Part shown: positions 13,377 through 22,700 of the stretch, in pieces
Layout: each line of letters opens with the position of its first letter
How positions within the stretch are numbered: the stretch's first letter is position 1
Source of the DNA: Basidiobolus meristosporus CBS 931.73
Taxonomy: Eukaryota; Fungi; Basidiobolomycota
Direction of reading: 5' to 3'
Assembly: GCA_002104905.1 (NCBI GenBank)
Contig: MCFE01000246.1
Coordinates: 1 to 64,000, forward strand
DNA length: 64,000 bases
Position numbers and translations under genes: made by a program
The notes under the pieces: model-generated
Database searches by the model: none
What the model was told of the DNA's origin: nothing
Seen by the model: only the letters and a program-made list of their open reading frames with translations

Positions 13377-16018
13377 AGAAATACTCAGACGTGTTTCCAG
13401 ATGAGCTTGTAAGCCTACCACCAGTCAGAGACGTGGATCATGCCATTGACACAGGAGATAGCCCTCCAGTGAGCAAGACACCTTACAGAATGAGTCCATT
13501 GGAATTGGAGGAAATGAAGAGACAAATTGATCAGCTATTGGAGCAAGGATACATCAGGCCCAGCAAGTCACCCTGGGGAGCACCAGTGCTTTTTGTGAAA
13601 AAGAAGGATGGAACACTTAGGATGTGCATTGACTACAGAGCCCTGAACTCAGTTACCGTCAAGAATAAGTACCCCATACCTCGGATTGATGAGCTTTTAG
13701 ACCAACTTAATGGAGCCACTATTTTCAGCAAGATTGACCTCATGTCAGGATACAACCAGATTAGGGTAAAACCAGAAGATATCCCTAAGACAGCATTCAG
13801 GACCAGATATGGACATTACGAGTACTTAGTCATGAGTTTTGGCCTCACTAATGCCCCTGCAACATTCATGACGCTGATGCAGACTGTCTTTCAGGAGTAC
13901 TTAGACAAGTTTGTGATAATCTACCTGGATGACATATTGATATACAGCAAGACAGAAAAGGATCACATGGTACACATTGAAAAGGTGTTGAAGAAACTAA
14001 GAGAGAACAAGCTATATGGCAAGCTAGCCAAGTGTGAATTCTTCAAGGAACACGTAGAATATCTGGGACACATAGTGACTAGCACAGGAGTAACCTTAGA
14101 CCCCAAGAAGGTGGAAGTAATCAAGAATTTGAAGCAGCCCCATAGCATATCAGAACTCAGATCATTCCTTGGAATGGTTTCCTATTATCGGAGATTTGTC
14201 AAGTCATTTGCAAGTATTGCAGCCCCTTTAACTGATATCCTCAAGAAAGACAATACCTACAAGTGGGACATAGCTTGTGAGACTGCCTTCCAGACGCTAA
14301 AGAATGAACTTGCTAAGTTGCCAAGCTTAAGAATACCAGACTTCAGAAAAGAGTTCACTCTATGCACAGATGCTTCAGATTATGCAATTGGTGGAGTGCT
14401 GAGCCAAGAACACGTGGGAAAGGACTACCCTGTTGCCTTTGAATCCAAGAAACTGAACTCAGCAGAACAAAACTATCCAGTCCATGAGAAGGAGATGCTT
14501 GCTATAATACACTGTTTGAAGACATGGAGATGCTATATTGAAGGAGTCAAATGCACTGTGAAGACTGATCATGCCTCCCTCAAGTATATATTTACTCAGA
14601 AGGTACTGTCTAGAAGAATGACAAGATGGAGTGAATACATTCAGCAATTTGACCTGGAGATTGTCTACTGCGCTGGAAAAAACAACACGGTTGCTGATGC
14701 CTTATCAAGATTAGATCAAGTTGCACAACTCAACTTGGTGCATGAATCAGATTGGCCTAGCCTATTACCAAAGTACTTGGAGGACCAAGCCATTCCTAAT
14801 GAGGTGGATGAAGATATCAAGAAGATAATCCGGGATAAAGCCAGCAAATTTGTTGTACAGGATGAAACACTCTACCGAATTGTTGATGGAAGCCCTATTG
14901 CCTATTGTCCTTATGTTGCTCGCCTGGATTTAATACATAAGCTACACAATGGATATGGACATCTTGGGATTGAAGGAACCTATAGCCTTGTGAAAGCCAG
15001 AGCATGGTGGCCCAGAATGAAACAAGATATTGAGAAGCTAGTGAAAACATGCCCAAACTGCCAAATCAATCAGGGCCAGCCACAAAGAATTGCCAAACTC
15101 TTCCCTTTGGAGCCTGTCAGACCATTTGAGAGATGGGGAATTGACTTTATTGGAAGACTGCCAACTACCAGGAAATGTAACCGTTGGATTCTAGTAGCTA
15201 TTGACCATGCCACTAAATGGCCAGTTGCTAAAGCCGTGCCAATAGCCAGTGAACAAGAAGTTGCAAGTTTCATTTACCATGAGATCCTGATGAAGTTTGG
15301 ATGCCCTGTGGAGATCTTATCCGATAGAGGTGCAAACTTTATGGCAAAGACATTAGAGGCTTACCTGGAAATGCAGCAGATCAGACACTTGAAAACCTCG
15401 GCATATCACCCCAGAACTAATGGAGTCACTGAGCGGTTTAATGGATTATTTGGAAAAATGCTGACTAAGTATGCAAATGGAGTTGTCAGTAGATGGGATG
15501 AGTATATAGACCAAGCACTCTTTGCATGCAGAGTCAGAGTACACAACACCACCCAGCAATCACCATTTTACTTAGTTTATGGATGTGAACCTAGGATTCC
15601 AGGAGATCTCACACAACCCAAGCTTACAGATGCCTTAGAAGATGAACTTAGTCAGCCAAGTAGACACCAGCAACTGGAACAAAGACGTCAAGAGGCACAG
15701 ACCAAAGTATCTCAAAGTGCAGAAAAGATGAAGCAGAGATTTGATAAGACTATAGCACCAGAAGCATTGACAGTTGGGAACTTTGTATTGCTAAGAAACA
15801 ACACTCGGAAGAAGTTTGAGCCACAATGGACAGGACCATTCAAGATCATCAGAGAATGTCCATTTGCAACTTACCAACTGGTGGACAAGCAAGGTAATAT
15901 CCGGGAAGACTTAGTGCATAGGGACAGACTCAAGCTTGCAAGACTTGCTGATAATACTGAACCATCAAGATATTGGTATCACAAGAAAAGAGATTCAGGA
16001 GAACCCTCTCAACTTTAG
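13214..16018 (+). CDS. pol: Gypsy A Pol (RT, RNase H, integrase with GPF motif)
   Basis: [11 protein letters not shown] and MCIDYRALN; RNase [10 protein letters not shown]; integrase H-H-C-C zinc finger, [22 protein letters not shown]; WTGPFKI. Confidence 0.95.
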   Translation: MLDFNLVNSSVCETSELSKTQFCRALRKGTEMFLMAVLQEDSSTPAPQQVQTLLKKYSDVFPDELVSLPPVRDVDHAIDTGDSPPVSKTPYRMSPLELEEMKRQIDQLLEQGYIRPSKSPWGAPVLFVKKKDGTLRMCIDYRALNSVTVKNKYPIPRIDELLDQLNGATIFSKIDLMSGYNQIRVKPEDIPKTAFRTRYGHYEYLVMSFGLTNAPATFMTLMQTVFQEYLDKFVIIYLDDILIYSKTEKDHMVHIEKVLKKLRENKLYGKLAKCEFFKEHVEYLGHIVTSTGVTLDPKKVEVIKNLKQPHSISELRSFLGMVSYYRRFVKSFASIAAPLTDILKKDNTYKWDIACETAFQTLKNELAKLPSLRIPDFRKEFTLCTDASDYAIGGVLSQEHVGKDYPVAFESKKLNSAEQNYPVHEKEMLAIIHCLKTWRCYIEGVKCTVKTDHASLKYIFTQKVLSRRMTRWSEYIQQFDLEIVYCAGKNNTVADALSRLDQVAQLNLVHESDWPSLLPKYLEDQAIPNEVDEDIKKIIRDKASKFVVQDETLYRIVDGSPIAYCPYVARLDLIHKLHNGYGHLGIEGTYSLVKARAWWPRMKQDIEKLVKTCPNCQINQGQPQRIAKLFPLEPVRPFERWGIDFIGRLPTTRKCNRWILVAIDHATKWPVAKAVPIASEQEVASFIYHEILMKFGCPVEILSDRGANFMAKTLEAYLEMQQIRHLKTSAYHPRTNGVTERFNGLFGKMLTKYANGVVSRWDEYIDQALFACRVRVHNTTQQSPFYLVYGCEPRIPGDLTQPKLTDALEDELSQPSRHQQLEQRRQEAQTKVSQSAEKMKQRFDKTIAPEALTVGNFVLLRNNTRKKFEPQWTGPFKIIRECPFATYQLVDKQGNIREDLVHRDRLKLARLADNTEPSRYWYHKKRDSGEPSQL

Positions 16019-16019
16019 T

Positions 16020-16028
16020 AGGGGAGAA
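16020..16028 (+). promoter_or_regulatory. Polypurine tract AGGGGAGAA
   Basis: Immediately precedes the 3' LTR. Confidence 0.85.
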
Positions 16029-16396
16029 TGTTATGATCTGCCGCTTGAATGTTTAAGTTAGATCAGTTTTTAGTCAAATCAATTAGTATATGTTTAGGTT
16101 ATCAGTATATCAGTATTATCTATGAAATCAGTAGCATTAGTCAGCAAATGAATCAGCAGATCCTTATCAGACAGAAATAGATATATTAAGTAGGATCTTA
16201 TTGGGTGATGATGATGCAATCAAATGAGTCATCAGCCACAACCTACATTAGGAAATACAATTAGTCAGCAATTGATCTGGCAAAATGTATATAAGGAGCT
16301 GCTGGAACCTCAATAAAAAGGAGTTCAAGTTTTGGTGAATACAATACTAGCTAAACTCCCTATTCCTCTACAACTCTTATACCAAGACTTGTAACA
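16029..16396 (+). repeat. 3' LTR of Gypsy A
   Basis: 364/368 identical to the 5' LTR by eye. Confidence 0.95.
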
Positions 16397-16999
16397 ATTG
16401 ACACTGTCATGGTGCTGGTTGACCTTTGCACTGAAGTTGCTCTAGACAGGGCTTTGCTGTCTCTAGGCCATAGCTGTGATTCCTTGTAGCTACTGGCTGA
16501 GCATCTGGCGTTACCTTTGCTGTAGGGACAGAACTTGCTGCATGGCATTCTTTGATTCTTGATTGTCAGACATCTTGGGGCAAGCTTATTCTTCCTTCCA
16601 GAGGAAGTTCCTGGCCATTGATGCTACCAATGTTACAAGTCTTGTGATAAGAGTTGCGGAGGAAGAGGGAATGTTGCTAGCATTGTATTCACTAAAGCCT
16701 GAACTGAAGTTTAGGGAGGTTCCAAAAGTTCCTTATAAGTATTTTGCCATTTCAATTGCTGACTATTTGAATTTTGTAATGCAGGTAATGGCTGACAGCA
16801 CTTTTGGTAGTATCATCATCACCCAGTTAGATCTTACATAGTATACCTACTGCTGTTTGACAAGGATATGCTATCTCATGTGCTGACTATTAATACTGAT
16901 TTGACAGAAAGTGCTAATATTTTGATATGTTAAATATATACCCAATTGATTTGACTGGAAGCAAATTCAGCTTGCACATTGATGTGGTACATTATAACA
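16397..16999 (-). mobile_element. Right part of the old antisense Gypsy A copy: gag start, PBS and diverged 5' LTR (16631-16999)
   Basis: Reverse complement resembles 11459-12070; 369-bp TG...CA LTR. Confidence 0.8.
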
Positions 17000-17800
17000 G
17001 CCAAATGCCAGCTAGGAATACTTACATTGTATCTTGCCATGGCATAGTATGGAATAGGTGCAGCAGCTATTAGATTGGATGCAATGGCCCAGAGATCAGG
17101 AAATAATATAGCAATAGCATGGACAGAGTGAATGTGCAAAAAACTGTATTCCAGGTAGAAAGTACACTATTCTTGTGGCAATGAAGGAACTCACAAAGCT
17201 CAGTATTACAGATCAGGGTTAACCAATTCCCAATGTAACATCAGAGGATCAATATGTATTCTATGAAGTGCACCCACAGTGCCCACAAATAAAACTCACA
17301 GAGAAGCCTATTGCCACAGGGGGGTGGGAGAATACAACTCTTATGCCCCCACTTGAACTAGAAAAGACATTGAGATTGCCTAAAAATCACAAGACAATGA
17401 AGATATATGAAGCTAATCCCTATAAAAGTTGATTATGAACTCATCTTTTGCACCAGAGAGTAGTTTTACTGGCAGTGGTCAAAACTCTTGTAAAAAGGCT
17501 GTTGAATTTTTAGCATTTCTGCTAAGCTATTATGCAGTTTGGTCTGCTCCAGGCTTATTGCATTATTTGGTGAGAACTGCAACACTTTCTCACACTTTCC
17601 TGTATCAGGCTTGGGTAAACTTCTTTTGCTTTACAATTTCCTTTATCCCTGCCTAATCTTTCTCAACTTCTTTGTCAGAATCCTTCTTGTGTTGAGCTAG
17701 GTTCTCTCCTAAATAAGTGCTGCACCATTCAAAGACTAGAAGATGAACTGCTCAACCTTGCAGTACCAGCTGAAGACCAAGACATATGAGAACCAGTAAA
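17000..17800 (+). pseudogene. Degenerate copy of the CACTA-like accessory gene
   Basis: Encodes remnants DAMAQR and CPQIKLTEKPI; 17722-17800 matches the reverse complement of ~1690-1770. Confidence 0.6.
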
Positions 17801-18386
17801 TTTGATTGTTTGATGTGTTAGTTTTTGATTTATTATCTGATGCAACTTTAACATCTTGAACAGAAGTCTTTTTAGTATTTTGTTTTGGAGTTTTTTCTGA
17901 AGCAACTTTAACACCTTGAACAAAAGCCTTTTTTGTATTTTGTTTTGGAGTTTTTTCTGATGCAACTTTAACATCTTGTGGCAAATTTTTTTTGGTTACA
18001 ATCTTGTCATCTTGAGCATTAACTTTTGTCGTATCTTGTTGAAAAATAATTTTGTTTGGTAAAGCTAATGTTTTAGATATTTGTTTGTTGTTAGTGCAAG
18101 AAGCAGTGTTGTCTTCTAAAACGGTTTGATGAAGATGACGTAAATGATGTCCACAAAGTTTATGATCTTTTGCCTGATATTTACATTGTTGTCCCTTATT
18201 TTTCCCGGTTGTTAATTTGGCAACACATCTAAGTGTTTGAGAGAAGTTTGCATGATACACATTAATAAAAGCGTTATGAGATTTGTTTAAAGCTTTGATT
18301 AAGTTGTGTATTAAAATTTCCAAATGATCATAAATTTTCTGTCAAATGCTGTCACACAGTATTTGAACTAACAAATCTGGCTTCAT
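17736..18386 (-). pseudogene. Virus-like Cys/His zinc-finger protein with Lys-rich 20-aa repeats; in-frame TGA at codon 15; last ~21 codons run into host TE DNA
   Basis: ATG at 18386 gives MKPDLLVQILCDSI*QKIYDHLEILIHNL; motif CVAKLTTGKNKGQQCKYQAKDHKLCGHH; repeats VKVASEKTPKQNTKK. Confidence 0.6.
17839..17978. repeat. Coding tandem repeat, 60-bp period, about 2.3 copies
   Basis: TGTTTTGGAGTTTTTTCTGA at both 17881 and 17941. Confidence 0.9.
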
Positions 18387-18783
18387 GTGAGAAATAGTGA
18401 TAAGGCTTTACAAGTTTAGTTTTTGGATACAAGGCCAAAAAACTTTATTTTTTATACCAAAAAAAATAAAAAGTATGGTAAATATAGGACAACTAAAATA
18501 CAAGAATTAAAATTGGGTTACGTGTATATAAAGGAGATTGTTTTGTAAAAGAAAAGGGTAATAAAGGAGAGGCATATTTGCGGTAATTATAAATAAATGG
18601 TGTATATAACATGATCGGAAATGCATAATATATTTACCATAACTATAAATCGTGTGTTTCAAATAATTCTGCATGTTACAATTAAAGAAACTATAATTTG
18701 ACATTTGAAAAATAATAAAAAAGTTTTTTTGTAAAACTAAAAAAAAGTTTTAAACCCAGATTTATTCAAGAGTTAAAAGAATA

Positions 18784-18943
18784 TGTATTAATATCAAAGA
18801 ACTAAGATTAAACGTTTGACATTTGTATTAATATCAAAGAACTAAGATTAAACGTTTGACATTTGTATTAATATCAAAGAACTAAGATTAAACGTTTGAC
18901 ATTTGTATTAATATCAAAGAACTAAGATTAAACGTTTGACATC
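18784..18943. repeat. Tandem array of 4 x 40 bp (TGTATTAATATCAAAGAACTAAGATTAAACGTTTGACATT)
   Basis: ATATCAAAGA at 18791, 18831, 18871 and 18911; copies identical except the last base; each contains the palindromes TATTAATA and AAACGTTT. Confidence 0.95.
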
Positions 18944-18969
18944 TGTATTTATATGCTAAAAAGTTTAAC

Positions 18970-19155
18970 CCAAAAGTTTTGTATCTAAGATTAAAAACTA
19001 ATTAAAACAGTCTGTCATATTAAAAGTTTTGTATCTTAAATTAAAACAGTTTGTCATATTATAAGTTTTGTATCTTAAATTAAAAACTAATTTTATAAAC
19101 CAAATATCAAATATCAAATTTATATTTTAAATATCAAACATCAAATATCAAAAAC
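18970..19155. repeat. Degenerate repeats: AAGTTTTGTATCT x3 followed by AAATATC heptamer repeats
   Basis: AAGTTTTGTATCT near 18975, 19024 and 19064; (AAATATC)n around 19101-19150. Confidence 0.7.
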
Positions 19156-19293
19156 AAAAGTTTGAAAACTTATTCTGCCAACGTTGTAAAAAGTTTTAGA
19201 TTATCTACTTTACGGCAAAAACATTTTTTTAAAAACATATTCTACACCCAAATATCTAATCTAAAAATAACTTCGCAAACTTTTATCAAATAC

Positions 19294-19718
19294 TTATTTT
19301 ATTTTCATACTAATGTTCATAGAAGCCATAATATGTGAAAAAGATATCAACGAATGCAAAAGCTCTCTGACTTTTTTTTGACTATTACATACAGAACATG
19401 TTAAATTTGCTGCAGGCATTATTAACTTGCACTTATCACACCACCCAACCTTTTCCATATCACTCTGTGCAATGATATTACTCATTGTATCTGACGCACC
19501 ATGCGCAATCAAACAATCCATCTCCATCTCACCAAATCTTAAACCTGCACCTTTAGATCTTCCCAATACAGGTTGACCACTAAAAGAACTTCTTGGACAA
19601 GAAGGAATTCAACCGTGAATTTTGTCTTTGACCTGATGCTTTAAAGCCAAATAATAAACTACTCCAATAGAAATTGGATCTTGAATCAGGTTACTGTACA
19701 TACCATCGTAAGCATATT
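19294..19718 (-). pseudogene. RPB2: 3' end of a divergent, virus-like DNA-directed RNA polymerase second-largest subunit (Rpb2/beta family; clamp and Zn-ribbon region); 5'-truncated, in-frame TGA at 19611-19609
   Basis: KYAYDGMYSNLIQDPISIGVVYYLALKHQVKDKIHG*IPSCPRSSFSGQPVLGRSKGAGLRFGEMEMDCLIAHGAS...CDKC...CSVC...KIK stop. This matches the family motif YY..LKH.V.DKIH.R...QP..GR...GLRFGEME.DC. Confidence 0.85.
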
Positions 19719-22700
19719 TGATTTGATAGATAATACTGATATACTGATAACCTAAACATACACTAATTGATTTGACTAAAAACTGATCCTACTTAAACAT
19801 TTAAGCGGCAGATCATAACATTCTCCCCTACTGAAGTTGAGAGGGTTCTCCTGAATCTCTTTTCTTGTGATACCAATATCTTGATGGTTCAGTATTATCA
19901 GCAAGTCTTGCAAGCTTGAGTCTGTCCATATGTACTAGGTCTTCCTGGATATTGCCTTGTTTGTCCACCAGTTGGTAAGTTGCAAATGGACATTCTCTGA
20001 TGATCTTGAATGGTCCTATCCATTGTGGCTCAAACTTCTTCCAAGCGTTGTTTCTTAGCAATACAAAGCTCCCAATTGTCAATGCTTCTAGTGCTATAGT
20101 CATATCAAATCTCTGCTTCATCTTTTCTGCACTTTGAGATACTTTGGTCTGTGCCTCTTGATGTCTTTGTTCCAGTTGCTGGTGTCTACTTGGCTGACTG
20201 AGTTCATCTTCTAAGGTGTCTGTAAGCTTTGGTTGTGTGAGATCTCCTGGAATCCTTGGTTCACATCCATACACTAAGTAAAACGGTGATTGCTGGGTGA
20301 TGTTGTGTACTCTGACTCTGCATGCAAAGAGTGCTTGGTCTATATACTCATGCCATCTACAGACAACTCCATTTGCATACTTGGTCAGCATTTTTCCAAA
20401 TAATCCATTAAACCGCTCAGTGACTCCATTAGTTCTGGGGTGATATGCCAAGGTTTTCAAGTGTCTGATCTGCTGCATTTCCAGGTAAGCCTCTAATGTC
20501 TTTGCCATAAAGTTTGCTCCTCTATCAGATAAGATCTCCACAGGGCATCCAAACTTCATCAGTATCTCATGGTAAATGAAACTTGCAACTTCTTGTTCAC
20601 TGGCTATTGGTACAGCTTTAGCAACTGGCCATTTAGTGGCATGGTCAATTGCTACTAGGATCCAATGGTTGCATTTCCTGGTAGTTGACAGTCTTCCAAT
20701 AAAGTCAATTCCTCATCTTTCAAATGGTCTTACAGGCTCCAAGGGAAAGAGTTTGGCAATTCTCTGTGATTGGCTTTGGTTGATTTGGCAATTTGGGCAT
20801 GTTTTCACTAGCTTCTCATTGTCTTGTTTCATTCTGGGCCACCATGCTCTGGCTTTCACAAGACTATAGGTTCCTTCAATTCCAAGATGTCCATATCCAT
20901 TGTGTAGCTTATGTATTAAATCCAGGCAAGAAACATAAGAGCAATAGGCAATAGGGTGTCCATCAACAATTTGGTAGAGTGTTTCATCCTGTACTACAAA
21001 TTTGCTGGCTTCATCATGGATTATCTTCTTGATATCTTCATCCACCTCATTAGCAATGGCTTGGTCCTCCAAGTACTTTGGTAATAGGCTAGGCCAATCT
21101 GATTCATGCACCAAGTTGAGTTGTGCAACTTGATCTAATCTTGATAAGGCGTCAGCAACCATGTTGTTTTTTCCAGGGCAGTAGACAATCTCCAGGTCAA
21201 AATGCTGAATGTATTCACTCCATCTTGTCATTCTTCTAGAGAGTACCTTCTGAGTAAATATATACTTGAGGGAGGCATTATCTGTCTTCATAGTGCATTT
21301 GACTCCTTCAATATAGCATCTCCATGTCTTCAAGCAGTGTATTTTAGCAAGCATCTCCTTCTCATGGACTGGATAGTTATGTTCTGCTGAGTTCAGTTTC
21401 TTGGATTCAAAGGCAACAGGGTAGTCCTTTCCCTTGTGTTTTTGGCTCAGCACTCCACCTATTGCATAATCTGAAGCATCTGTGCACAGAGTGAGCTCTT
21501 TTCTGAAGTCTGGTATTCTTAAGCTTGGCAGCTTAGCAAGTTCATTCTTGAGCATCTGGAAGGCAGTCTCACAAGCTATGTCCCACTTGTAGGTATTGTT
21601 TTTCTTGAGGATATCAGTTAAAGGGGCTGCAATACTTGCAAAAGACTTGACAAATTTCTGATAATAGGAAACCATTCCAAGGAATGATCTGAGTTCTGAT
21701 ATGCTATGGGGCTGCTTCAAATTCTTGATAACTTCAACCTTCTTAGGGTCTAAGGTCACTCCTGTGCTAGTCACTATGTGTCTCATGTATTTAACGTGTT
21801 CCTTGAAGAATTCGCACTTGGCTAGCTTGCCATATAGCTTGTTCTCTCTTAGTTTCTTCAAGACCTTTTCAATGTGCACCATGTGATCCTCTTCTGTCTT
21901 GCTGTATATCAATATATCATCCAGGTAGATTATCACAAACTTGTCTAAGTACTTCTGAAAGACAGTCTGCATCAGCATCATGAATGTTGCAGGGGCATTA
22001 GTGAGGCCAAAACTCATGACTAAGTACTTGTAATGTCCATATCTGGTCCTGAATGCTGTCTTAGGGATATCTTCTGGTTTCACCCTAATCTGGTTGTATC
22101 CTGACATGAGGGCAATCTTGCTGAAAATAGTGGCTCCATTAAGTTGGTCCAAAAGCTCATCAATCCAAGGTATGGGGTACTTATTCTTGACAGTAACTGA
22201 GCTCAGGGCTCTGTAGTCAATGCACATCCTAAGTGTTCCATCCTTCTTTTTCACAAAAAGCACTGGTGCTCCTCAAGGTGACTTGCTGGGTCTGATGTAT
22301 CCTTGCTCCAATAGCTGATCAATTTGTCTCTTCATTTCCTCCAATTCCAATGGACTCATTCTGTAAGGTGTCTTGCTCACTGGAGGGCTATTACCTGTGT
22401 CAATGGCATGATTCACATCTCTGACTGGTGGTAGGCTTACAAGCTCATCTGGAAACACATCTGAATATTTCTTCAAGAGAGTACGGACCTGCTGGGGTGC
22501 TGGGGTAGCGGAATCCTCCTGTTATATTACCATGAGGAACATCTGGGTACCTTTTCTAAGCGCTCTGCAGAACTGGGTCTTGCTAAGCTCACTTGTCTCA
22601 TACATAATGGAATTGACAAAGTTGAAAACCAGCCTGGCAGGTAATAGCTCATAGGTCTTGTTGTCTTTTTGGAACTGAGTAGCATGGGTTCTCCAATTGG

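Larger units (their letters stand above)
11459..16396 (+). mobile_element. Near-intact Ty3/Gypsy LTR retrotransposon, family A (4938 bp; 368-bp LTRs; 4-bp TSD ATTG; no chromodomain)
   Basis: TG...CA LTRs at 11459-11826 and 16029-16396 with 4 mismatches; ATTG at 11455-11458 and 16397-16400; domain order gag-PR-RT-RH-INT. Confidence 0.97.
17801..19718 (-). other. AT-rich endogenous large-DNA-virus-like (NCLDV-like) island
   Basis: Abrupt compositional shift, retained CpGs, intronless genes, a non-host-type RNA polymerase subunit and a virus-type zinc-finger ORF. Both flanks are truncated transposon sequence. Confidence 0.7.

Noticed and set aside
15780-16018. Chromodomain at the integrase C-terminus
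   Set aside because: Only a GPF/SH3-like region and a short tail precede the stop and PPT; no chromodomain motif.
17736-17800. C-terminal hydrophobic or transmembrane tail (IYWFSYVLVFSWY) of the viral ORF
   Set aside because: This DNA is the antisense strand of the flanking CACTA accessory-gene remnant, so the tail is junction read-through.
18784-18943. CRISPR array
   Set aside because: The 40-bp units are contiguous with no unique spacers, there are no cas genes, and the context is eukaryotic.
19294-19718. Host RPB2 gene or processed pseudogene
   Set aside because: Motifs invariant in cellular Pol II (EGRSRDGGLR, GEMERD) are altered, the C-terminus is much shorter, and base composition differs from host DNA.
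19294-19718. Yeast killer-plasmid (pGKL2-type) RNA polymerase
   Set aside because: Those enzymes fuse beta and beta-prime regions in one ORF, whereas this gene stops right after the beta Zn ribbon; I also saw no ATNTGA upstream element before the island ORFs. Disfavoured, not fully excluded.
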